The translations under genes were made by a program, and so were the position numbers. DNA of 47,436 nt from the NCBI GenBank assembly GCA_027009605.1, contig JALVCY010000042.1, positions 1 through 47,436 on the forward strand, read 5' to 3'. Below the pieces are notes generated by a model. It was given only the letters and a program-made list of their open reading frames with translations. It had not been told where the DNA came from and made no database searches. Shown piece by piece: positions 1 to 7,068 of the stretch. Origin of the DNA: Saprospiraceae bacterium. GTDB taxonomy: Bacteria; Bacteroidota; Bacteroidia; Chitinophagales; Saprospiraceae. How positions within the stretch are numbered: the first letter of the stretch is position 1; each line of letters opens with the position of its first letter.

Positions 1-867
1 ATGAGCAGATTGATGAATTAAGACCGCAAATTGTGCAATTCGAATGGTCGGGAAATTGGCAGGACGCAAGCGCAGATATTTCCAAGCGACCTTGGGAATA
101 GGTAGTAAGAAATATTTATTCTTTAGCGCCTTATACTCCCTTTTGAGCTGTCGGGGATGAACGTCATTGAATTGTTCTTCCAGCATTCCGGCCTGTCCAA
201 AGAGTAAGGCTTCCAATTGAAATAGATCATCTTTATGCTTAGCCAAAATAGTTAACGGTGTGTTGGCTGCAAGCATTTCGAAGGCGTCATTATTGACCCG
301 GCCGCCAAAACTCCTAGCCAGAAACCGATAAAAGGCGGATTCCCAATCATTTTGACTATTGGATAATATGAGATTGATTTCATTGGTTTTTCTTTCTAAC
401 CGTTCTACTAGTAATCGGTCTTTCCAGAGATTTTTTACGATTTGATTAATCGAAGGATATTGACCATAGCAAGCAATCCAAGCCCGGCTTCTCATTAATT
501 TTTGATATTGGCCGGTCATCTTTTCCGAAAGGTGGGGCCGTAAGTCTAGGCAAGGAATTTTTTCTGATGAAGACTTGCGCAAAATGGGTTTATCTTCGTC
601 AATAACCACATGTAAAATAACATTGTCATAGGCGGTATCATCGGTATGCCCATGCCGCTCCCAATCGGAAGCCGAAATATGTATTTCGATATTTCCCGCC
701 CAAACAATGTCCCCGATTTTTACTCTGGCATCCAAAAAGTCCGGCCCGGCATTGGTGTTGTAATGCCCGCGCTCTTGAATGACTATGGGGTCGCCGTCTG
801 TCGTTGTTAGTTTATGTTGACGAAAGTTGGCCGTACGCCAAACATAGTGTAAATAGTTTTCTTGCAT
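1..867 (-). CDS. DUF2851 family protein (N-terminal 289 aa; C-terminus runs off the left window edge)
   Basis: Absent from the ORF track because it is open at the window edge. A reverse-strand ATG at 865-867 opens a frame that stays open to position 1. My translation begins MQENYLHYVWRTANFRQHKLTTTDGDPIVIQERGHYNTNAGPDFLDARVKIGDIVWAGNIEIHISASDWERHGHTDDTAYDNVILHVV, which matches the conserved N-terminal signature I recall for Bacteroidota DUF2851 proteins. Confidence 0.7.
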   Translation of the reverse strand, partial: MQENYLHYVWRTANFRQHKLTTTDGDPIVIQERGHYNTNAGPDFLDARVKIGDIVWAGNIEIHISASDWERHGHTDDTAYDNVILHVVIDEDKPILRKSSSEKIPCLDLRPHLSEKMTGQYQKLMRSRAWIACYGQYPSINQIVKNLWKDRLLVERLERKTNEINLILSNSQNDWESAFYRFLARSFGGRVNNDAFEMLAANTPLTILAKHKDDLFQLEALLFGQAGMLEEQFNDVHPRQLKREYKALKNKYFLLPIPKVAWKYLRLRPANFPTIRIAQFAVLIHQSAH

Positions 868-1020
868 AGTTGAGTTTATTACGAAAAGTCGGGTTGAGCA
901 GCTTATTCTTGAGTCCGAACCATTTTTGATAAAAAGTCTTTTTTAGTAGCTGTTTAGACACCCCTATTTTCTGTTTCAAAGTCGGAGCACCTTGTTTTTA
1001 AAGTTCGAGCGGAGGAATTA

Positions 1021-1049
1021 CAAAATTGGGCACCGGCCGGCCGATGCCC
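1021..1049 (-). terminator. Possible intrinsic terminator downstream of ssb
   Basis: GC-rich near-palindrome gggcaccggccggccgatgccc at 1028-1049 with one mismatched pair. On the minus strand it is followed by aattttg. It lies 14 nt after the ssb stop. Confidence 0.35.
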
Positions 1050-1062
1050 CCAAAAAGGAAAA

Positions 1063-1401
1063 TTAACTAACCAATAATAATTCCTTGACGACGATTTCTG
1101 TAAGATAGCGAGCCTGACCGCTTTTATCGGTAAATTTTCGATAAGTTAGTTTCCCGCGGACAGCGACTTCTTTTCCCTTGCGTAAAAAGCTTTCCATATT
1201 GGTTGCGTTTTTGCCCCAACCAACAATCTTGTGCCATTGGGTTTCGACTACTTTTTCGCCTTTTTTATTTTGGTAAATACTCTTGGTGGCGAGAGATGCT
1301 GTGGCTACTTTTTTGCCGCTCTCTAATTCTTTGAATTCGACATCTTTGCCTAGGTGTCCGATGAGTTGTACTTGATTACGTAAGTTGTTCATTGCTTTCA
1401 T
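1063..1401 (-). CDS. ssb: Single-stranded DNA-binding protein, short OB-fold-only form (112 aa; the start may be the second Met at 1392)
   Basis: The translation NLRNQVQLIGHLGKDVEFKELESGKKVATASLATKSIYQNKKGEKVVETQWHKIVGWGKNA...VAVRGKLTYRKFTDKSGQARYLTEIVV has the typical SSB OB-fold pattern. The protein ends in KELLLVS with no Gly/Pro-rich linker and no acidic tip. Confidence 0.85.
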   Translation of the reverse strand: MKAMNNLRNQVQLIGHLGKDVEFKELESGKKVATASLATKSIYQNKKGEKVVETQWHKIVGWGKNATNMESFLRKGKEVAVRGKLTYRKFTDKSGQARYLTEIVVKELLLVS

Positions 1402-1470
1402 TTTTTAGCGTTAATAAATGTGTCAATTGGTGACGGTGCAAAGATGGGTGTGGTCAATTGAATTATTCGT

Positions 1471-1520
1471 TTAATAAACGTTTACTTACGTTTGTAAACG
1501 TTTGTAAACGTTTATAAACG
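1471..1520. repeat. Five tandem 10-bp units (consensus TTTRTAAACG) generating phased AAACGTTT palindromes; candidate operator or iteron array
   Basis: The units read ttaataaacg / tttacttacg / tttgtaaacg / tttgtaaacg / tttataaacg. Perfect AAACGTTT sites span the unit junctions at 1480/81, 1500/01 and 1510/11. The array sits 70-120 bp upstream of the ssb ATG and is followed by the 9-bp inverted repeat tatataact/agttatata at 1523-1551. Confidence 0.6.
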
Positions 1521-1861
1521 GATATATAACTATGGTTCAATGAGTTATATATTTTGGTTTTTTAAGCTAAACAATCATTTTTTTCAAAAAAAGACTCCTG
1601 AAAAAAGGCCTTCATCTGTATAGGCGATTTCAGTTGCTGGATTATTGTCTAGGGAACTTGGCGGCTGAAGTCGCCGTTACAGCAAACCCATTTGGGTCTC
1701 TATTTTATCGATCTTTTTAAAATCAGCATGATGTTATCCCAAAGATTAAATGTAGTCATTTATATTCTGCGGTTGAAGGTATTTCGGGTGAACGGTGAAT
1801 GCTGCTTATGGCTTTCAAATATTTGAGATTGAGCTATTATAATTGTCCGTAAAATTTTTTC

Positions 1862-1869
1862 TACATTTG
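1862..1869 (+). promoter_or_regulatory. Candidate Bacteroidota sigma-A -7 box (TACATTTG) for the Nramp-like gene
   Basis: Exact match to the TAnnTTTG consensus, ending 15 nt upstream of the ATG at 1885. This implies a very short leader, which is common in this phylum. Confidence 0.4.
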
Positions 1870-1884
1870 TGAAAACAAAATGAT

Positions 1885-3156
1885 ATGCAAATAGGCAACT
1901 TACTGAAGGCTATCGGGCCCGGGATAATTTTTGCGTCCATGGCTATCGGAGTTTCACATTTAGTACAGTCCACACGGGCGGGCGCCATGTATGGCTTTGG
2001 TTTATTGGGCTTGATATTGCTCACCAATCTATTGAAGTATCCATTTTTTGAGTATGCGGCTCGCTATGCCAATGCAACCGGAGAAAGTTTGATTGACGGT
2101 TATTTTAAGATGGGGCGATGGGTTTTGTGGGGTTATTTTTTATTGACCGTGACTTCGATGTTTTTTGTGATGGCAGCGGTAGGTGTGGTAACGGCCGGAT
2201 TTTTAGATAATCTTTTTGGGGTTGGCAATTTACTCTGGGTAACCATCGGTTTGTTTTTATTTGGGCTGATTCTGCTGGTTGTTGGGAAATACAAGACCTT
2301 GGATTCATTGATAAAAGTGATAGGCGGGGTGTTGCTGGTGAGTACTTTGATTGCTTTTGTTTTGGCCTTGGCACATGGCCCGCAGGCTAAAGGTGCAGAT
2401 TTGCTCCCCTACATTAATTGGGCTGATGGAAAAACTATCCTGTTTTTGATTGCGCTGATGGGCTGGATGCCGACAGCGGTGGATATGTCCACTTGGACGA
2501 GTTTATGGACAGTCGAGCGAATTAAGCAAACAGGCTATCATCCTACGCTAAAAGAAAGCTTGTTTGATTTTAATTTTGGGTATATCGCTACGGCTCTACT
2601 GGCTATATGCTTTGTGACTTTGGGGGCTTATTTGATGTATGGTACCGGGGTTGAGACGGCTACTTCCAGTTCGGTATTTGCCAATCAAGTGGTAGAGATG
2701 TACACCAAAACCATTGGCAAATGGAGCTACTGGATTGTAGCAGCATCGGCCTTTTCAATTATGTTTGGGACGTCCATCTCTGTGATGGATGGATATGCAC
2801 GTGTTTTGGAAAGGACGACAGAGTTGCTTTTTTTAAGTCAAAAAGATGCTAAAAAAGCATTAGACGATCAAAGATTTTATAATGCGTCGATAGTCATTTT
2901 GTTGATTGGTGCTTTTGCCATCTTGTACTACATGCTGTTTTGGAAGAAAAACCCCAATGGTTTTAAGGCTTTAGTTGATCTAGCGACGACCATTTCTTTT
3001 TTAATAGCTCCCTTTGTGGCGGTTGTCAATTATTTATTAGTCACTTCTAAAGATTTTCCGGAAGGAGCGAGACCGAAGCCTTGGATGCGGGTGTTAAGTT
3101 GGTTGGGAATCCTGTTTTTGACCGGATTCTCTATTTACTTTTTGTGGGTAAAATGA
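1885..3156 (+). CDS. Nramp-superfamily membrane transporter, divergent (canonical TM1 DPGN motif not present)
   Basis: A 423-aa polytopic membrane protein. By eye, the N-terminus IGPGIIFASMAIGVSHLVQSTRAGAMYGF aligns to the MntH TM1 region [29 protein letters not shown]. A GWMPT segment aligns to the TM6 MPH motif. Confidence 0.7.
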   Translation: MQIGNLLKAIGPGIIFASMAIGVSHLVQSTRAGAMYGFGLLGLILLTNLLKYPFFEYAARYANATGESLIDGYFKMGRWVLWGYFLLTVTSMFFVMAAVGVVTAGFLDNLFGVGNLLWVTIGLFLFGLILLVVGKYKTLDSLIKVIGGVLLVSTLIAFVLALAHGPQAKGADLLPYINWADGKTILFLIALMGWMPTAVDMSTWTSLWTVERIKQTGYHPTLKESLFDFNFGYIATALLAICFVTLGAYLMYGTGVETATSSSVFANQVVEMYTKTIGKWSYWIVAASAFSIMFGTSISVMDGYARVLERTTELLFLSQKDAKKALDDQRFYNASIVILLIGAFAILYYMLFWKKNPNGFKALVDLATTISFLIAPFVAVVNYLLVTSKDFPEGARPKPWMRVLSWLGILFLTGFSIYFLWVK

Positions 3157-3316
3157 GCCATTTAGGTATCTTGCTTAACTAAGGCCAAAGTAAATGACGC
3201 AAAACTGACAAAAAACCACTTCGTTTTGCGAAAGCTTGGGAATAAATTGCTTTTTAGTGAATTTTAGGGCTACTTGAAAGCTCGAACACAAAAACAGTCA
3301 ACAAAAAAATACAAAA

Positions 3317-4039
3317 ATGAAAGAATATTTGCTTTTCATTCTGATGGCTATTGCCCTGTCATCGCTTGCGACGATGACTTCTTGCAAGCATACTCCTGAA
3401 ATCATCAATGTTTCTTCAGATCCGATGGATTCTATACCCAATTCAGGCACTCCGTGTGATCCTGCTGTCGTCTATTACTTTAGAGACATACAACCGATAT
3501 TGACGTCTAATTGTGCAGTATCCGGATGCCATAACAGTACGTCAAAACGAGAAGGTATTGATTATTCAAGTTTTGAGACAACCATTGCTACCGGCAAGGT
3601 CAAACCCAACAATCCCAATAGAAGTAAGATGTACAAAGTGCTCTTCGATAGTGGAGATGATAAAATGCCGCCGAGCCCGAGACCGCCACTTACATCTGTT
3701 CAAAAGGCTATCATAAAAAAATGGATTAATCAAGGAGCGAAAGCTTATTTTTGTGATGCTCAAGTGGGGTGTGATTCGCTGAATGTTTCTTATGCTAATA
3801 CAATTGCTCCGTTGTTATCCAATAGCTGCGTGGGATGCCACAGCGGGAATAATCCTAGCGGGGGCGTTTCCTTGAGTAATTATCAGTCGGTGGCGAATTC
3901 TGCCAATAGCGGGAAATTATATGGTACGGTCGCTCATTTATCCGGCTATTCCCCGATGCCGCCTTCCGGAAATGGCCTGACAATTTGTGCGAAAGCTCAA
4001 ATAAAAAATTGGGTGGAACAAGGGGCGCCTAATAATTAG
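3317..4039 (+). CDS. Small lipoprotein with two tandem planctomycete-type cytochrome c (PSCyt1-like) modules
   Basis: The signal peptide ends in ...LATMTSC, a probable lipobox. Two homologous modules are present. Module 1 is IQPILTSNCAVSGCH...DDKMPP...IIKKWINQGA. Module 2 is IAPLLSNSCVGCH...YSPMPP...QIKNWVEQGA. Both follow the C..CH ... MPP ... W(I/V)xQGA pattern I recall for Pfam PSCyt1. Confidence 0.6.
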   Translation: MKEYLLFILMAIALSSLATMTSCKHTPEIINVSSDPMDSIPNSGTPCDPAVVYYFRDIQPILTSNCAVSGCHNSTSKREGIDYSSFETTIATGKVKPNNPNRSKMYKVLFDSGDDKMPPSPRPPLTSVQKAIIKKWINQGAKAYFCDAQVGCDSLNVSYANTIAPLLSNSCVGCHSGNNPSGGVSLSNYQSVANSANSGKLYGTVAHLSGYSPMPPSGNGLTICAKAQIKNWVEQGAPNN

Positions 4040-4100
4040 GTTCCGGTATGGCGGTGTTACGGTTTAACTGTGTAACGGGAAGGTAGCCAAGCGATTTTAA

Positions 4101-4128
4101 GTAGGGACGCACGGCCGTGCGTCCCTAC
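4101..4128. repeat. Perfect 28-nt GC-rich palindrome (gtagggacgcacgg|ccgtgcgtccctac)
   Basis: Read directly from the sequence. It lies 62 nt downstream of the 3317..4039 stop and has no adjacent T-tract, so it is REP-like rather than a classical terminator. Confidence 0.7.
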
Positions 4129-4140
4129 GTCAACATACAC

Positions 4141-4188
4141 AAAAATGCCTATTTTTTGCCTTAAAATAGGAGCACCTAAACAGTTACG
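4141..4188. repeat. Solo copy of the repeat family A terminal module
   Basis: aaaaatgcctattttttgccttaaaataggagcacctaaacagttacg matches 6405-6452 at 47 of 48 positions. Confidence 0.8.
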
Positions 4189-4397
4189 TTATTTTTTTTC
4201 ATTGCTTAATTCCTATTAAAGAATGCAGGATTGAGATTTATGCTTTACGATTTTAGGTTTTTGAAATGATTAGACTTGGTGTGGGGTAACGGTCTTTTCG
4301 GTCAAGGGCTTACAAAAAATCAAAAAATCTTTGGAGCGTATGATGGACTAAATCAGGGATTTATTTCGTTTCTTTGCGAAATAAATACATGCCCAAA

Positions 4398-4865
4398 ATG
4401 AAAAATAATCAGTTCCTTCCCGTCCAAATGAGTCTTTTGGCCTTAATCTTCGGCGTCTTTTTGATGTTTTCGTGCCAACAGGATACGCCGGCCAATGCGC
4501 ATGCCAATACCCATCCGGATGTAGCCCCCGACAAATCGTTTGAGCCTTTCTATCAAAAATTCCATCAAGATAGTGCTTACCAAATGGCGCACATTCATTT
4601 TCCACTTCAAGGTTTGCCACAGGATGTAGATAGCAGTAGTTTGGCACAAAAGGATTTTTATTGGACTCGGGATTCTTGGAAGATACAACATGATTTTGTA
4701 AAATCAAGTGGTTACAGTCAAACGATTACGGCGGTGACTCCGAATATGGTAGAAGAGCTGATTTTGCACCCTAGCGGGCAGTTTGGCATTGTCCGGCGAT
4801 TTGCGAAACTAGGGGATGAATGGTATTTGATTTATTTCTCAGGTCTTCATCGAGTCAGACAATAA
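4398..4865 (+). CDS. Hypothetical lipoprotein (possibly a DUF4348/NTF2-like fold)
   Basis: The track ORF 4374..4865 opens on TTG. In-frame ATGs occur at 4389 and 4398. The signal peptide and lipobox are LLALIFGVFLMFSC. FYQKFHQDSAYQMAHIHFPLQG resembles the DUF4348 N-terminal motif as I remember it, but this is a tentative call. The stop lies 2 nt before the next gene. Confidence 0.55.
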   Translation: MKNNQFLPVQMSLLALIFGVFLMFSCQQDTPANAHANTHPDVAPDKSFEPFYQKFHQDSAYQMAHIHFPLQGLPQDVDSSSLAQKDFYWTRDSWKIQHDFVKSSGYSQTITAVTPNMVEELILHPSGQFGIVRRFAKLGDEWYLIYFSGLHRVRQ

Positions 4866-4867
4866 TT

Positions 4868-5470
4868 ATGGTTTATCAATTTGAATCTTACATTCCGGTT
4901 ATAGATGAGACGGCTTTTATTCATCCGCAAGCGGTGATTATCGGCCATGTGACCATTGGCAAAGATGTATATGTCGGCGCCGGCGCTGTAATTCGCGGAG
5001 ATTGGGGCGAGATTATCATAGAAGATGGGGCAAATGTCCAGGAAAACTGTGTGGTGCACATGTTTCCGGGACTTACGATTACCCTAGCCAAAGGGGCTCA
5101 TATCGGACACGGGGCGATTATACATGGTGCCAATATCGGGGAAAATTGTCTGATAGGGATGAATGCTGTGATTATGGATTTAGCGGAAATTGGTGCCGGT
5201 AGTATTGTTGGTGCACTGACTTTCGTGAAAAATAAAACAGTGATTCCTGCAAGGAGTCTAGTCGTAGGCAATCCGGGGAAAGTTATCAAAAAAGTAAGTG
5301 ATGACATGCTGGCTTGGAAAACAGAAGGCACCCGGCTGTACCAATCGTTGCCTGCAAGCTGTAAGGAGTCGTTGAAGGAGTGTGAACCCTTGCGGGAAAA
5401 ACCCAAAGGTATCGTGTCAAAACAAAGTACCATCTACAAAACTTGGGAAGAAATCAAAGCAAAAAAATAG
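4868..5470 (+). CDS. Left-handed beta-helix (hexapeptide repeat) protein, gamma-carbonic-anhydrase/PaaY family
   Basis: MVYQFESYIPVIDETAFIHPQAVIIGHVTIGKDVYVGAGAVIRGDWGEIIIEDGANVQENCVVH... shows hexapeptide periodicity, and the tail ...LAWKTEGTRLYQSLP is PaaY/CaiE-like. The track ORF begins at 4820, but ATG 4868 follows the upstream stop at 4865. Confidence 0.75.
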   Translation: MVYQFESYIPVIDETAFIHPQAVIIGHVTIGKDVYVGAGAVIRGDWGEIIIEDGANVQENCVVHMFPGLTITLAKGAHIGHGAIIHGANIGENCLIGMNAVIMDLAEIGAGSIVGALTFVKNKTVIPARSLVVGNPGKVIKKVSDDMLAWKTEGTRLYQSLPASCKESLKECEPLREKPKGIVSKQSTIYKTWEEIKAKK

Positions 5471-5495
5471 CCTGTTTTAGACAAACTAAAACAGG
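5461..5495 (-). terminator. Intrinsic terminator for tRNA-Leu; its hairpin also closes the convergent PaaY-like gene
   Basis: A 9-bp stem cctgtttta/taaaacagg (5471-5479 / 5487-5495) with a 7-nt loop. On the minus strand it is followed by ctattttttt (5461-5470). Confidence 0.5.
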
Positions 5496-5503
5496 CTTCA
5501 AAG

Positions 5504-5588
<85 letters not shown>

Positions 5589-5870
5589 ATCTCAAGAATG
5601 CCCGGCAAAGATACGGTTTTCATGCTAATATGTAAAAGAAAAGTGATTTTTTGGCTTATTCTTAGATGTATTTTTGGATAATTGCTCCTTCTTGGGGTTC
5701 TATCCCCAAAACATTTAAAGGCCATAAAGTCCCCTTTCTGCAAAGCTACCATGCTAATACAAGTCGCATAGTGGCATAAAAATAAATTTATATATTCCGG
5801 TTCGGACGCCGTAGGAGGCTGTCCCCTCTTCCGCCTTGTTTATTCCGTTGAAGTTAAACATCGTCTTTTT

Positions 5871-6256
5871 TAGCTTTTACCGTCTGCTTTAGCTTTTACC
5901 GTCTGCTTTAGCTGACGGATCAAAACTAAGTGGGAAGCCGGCTTTAGCCGCATTTTTTTATTTTTTTTGGGTAACCAAATGGGGCTAAAGCCCCTATTGG
6001 TTTTGCTTTCAGTCCGTTGGTTAAAACCAACGGTAAAGAAAAACCAACGGCAAAGCAAGCCCAAAGATTGGTGCTGAATCCCGCCGGTACTTCCGAATTC
6101 ATTCGGGATGTGGATAGCAAGCTTGTTTTAGCCAAATAAATTTGGCTGCTACCAAGTCAATGGGGCTAAAGCCCCTAAGAGTTTTGCTTCTTGTCCGTTG
6201 GTTAAAACCAACGGTAAAGAAAAAACAACGGCAAAGCAAAACCAACAGCAAAGCAA
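5871..6256 (-). repeat. Repeat family B cluster (hairpin modules), inverted relative to the 33.8-kb cluster
   Basis: It contains the modules ccgttggttaaaaccaacgg (9-bp stem), ggggctaaagcccc (twice), cggctttagccg and tandem agcttttaccgtctgcttt units. Its reverse complement matches the modules at 33786-34335. Confidence 0.8.
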
Positions 6257-6288
6257 TGAAAATCTACCTGACTATATATTGATTTTTT

Positions 6289-6451
6289 GTAACTGTTTAG
6301 GTATCCACTATTTTGGTTAAAAAATGCCCTTTTTGCGCCTGTTTTTGCTAAAATTTTTTCACGTAGCCCAGCTACGCTTCAAAAATTGTAGCTTCAATAT
6401 CCACAAAAATGCCTATTTTTTGCCCTAAAATAGGAGCACCTAAACAGTTAC
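6289..6451. mobile_element. MITE-like 163-bp element (repeat family A) with terminal inverted repeats
   Basis: A perfect 14-bp TIR gtaactgtttaggt / acctaaacagttac extends imperfectly to about 40 bp. The element has no coding capacity. A near-identical solo arm lies at 4141-4188 and a degenerate arm at 946-970. Confidence 0.5.
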
Positions 6452-6910
6452 GATTTTTTTTATTTTGACTTGTGTTTGTACGGTAGCTTTCCGAAAGGGG
6501 ACTTTGGGGATTTTATGAAAAAAGTCTTTAAATATTTTGGGGACATTATTGCATGATTTGGGGACTACAGATGTAACTTGGGCTAGGAGTAGGTTGGTAT
6601 CTAAACTAAATCAAGTACCGGCGTTTTTATCCGAAGAGTTTAATTTTTGCAAAACTGTTAATCAAGAATATGGCTTATTAAAATAGCGGTTGTAGATTGT
6701 AGAAATCGAGTAGCTCTATTTTGAGTACACTTTTACACGATGGCCTTGAAGAAATACAAGATGTCACAGCAAAAAAAAAGTGTGCAAAAAAAGCTTTAGT
6801 TTGTAGCTTTTTATACGGGAGAAAATACGATTACTAAAGTGTGATATTGCTGATTCGCGTATTTACCATGTCACAATCAAAAAAAATCGAACCTTTTATG
6901 TAAAAGTTCG

Positions 6911-6918
6911 TATCTTTG
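6911..6918 (+). promoter_or_regulatory. Candidate -7 box (TATCTTTG) with no protein-coding gene behind it
   Basis: Exact TAnnTTTG match located 48 nt upstream of the strong terminator at 6966-6999. Confidence 0.3.
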
Positions 6919-6924
6919 TGCAGC

Positions 6925-6999
6925 ACAAAAGAGCGAACGCTTTTCACACTATGTTAAGATTATAGACGCAAAAACTTCTTCGAAGTTTTTGCGTTTTTT
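6925..6999 (+). ncRNA. Candidate small RNA of about 75 nt (promoter-to-terminator unit); speculative
   Basis: It is bounded by the -7 box at 6911-6918 and the intrinsic terminator at 6966-6999. There is no ORF, and a small internal hairpin forms around aaagagcgaacgcttt. I recognise no known RNA family. Confidence 0.2.
6966..6999 (+). terminator. Rho-independent terminator
   Basis: A 12-bp perfect stem acgcaaaaactt/aagtttttgcgt (6966-6977 / 6983-6994) with the 5-nt loop cttcg, followed by ttttt. Confidence 0.7.
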
Positions 7000-7039
7000 G
7001 TTTGGCATGAAGCCAATGAGTAATGAAGCGAGAATAAGG

Positions 7040-7047
7040 TACTTTTG
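7040..7047 (+). promoter_or_regulatory. Candidate -7 box (TACTTTTG) for the 7069 gene
   Basis: Exact TAnnTTTG match ending 21 nt upstream of ATG 7069. It overlaps the TTG at 7045 used by the ORF track, which argues for the ATG start. Confidence 0.4.
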
Positions 7048-7068
7048 AAGAAAATATCCCCCCGATAC

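Larger units (their letters stand above)
5703..6543. repeat. ORF-free composite block bounded by imperfect inverted repeats of about 50-60 bp, next to tRNA-Leu; contains family B and family A repeats
   Basis: The left arm is 5703-5750, tccccaaaacatttaaaggccataaagtcccctttctgcaaagctacc. The reverse complement of the right arm 6482-6543 is tccccaaaatatttaaagac[14-nt insert]aaagtcccctttcggaaagctacc. The shared blocks are an 18-mer with 1 mismatch, a 13-mer and a 9-mer. Confidence 0.6.

Noticed and set aside
1600-1700. Possible Mn2+ (yybP-ykoY-type) riboswitch upstream of the Nramp-like gene
   Set aside because: I see only a generic hairpin (ggcgatttcag / ctgaagtcgcc) and cannot recognise the conserved riboswitch core. 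An exact -7 box at 1862-1869 would place the transcription start downstream of this region.
5621-5759. 10-bp direct repeat catgctaata at 5621-5630 and 5750-5759, as a target-site duplication of a 119-bp insertion
   Set aside because: The enclosed segment has no terminal inverted repeats of its own, and a single 10-mer match in AT-rich DNA may be coincidence.
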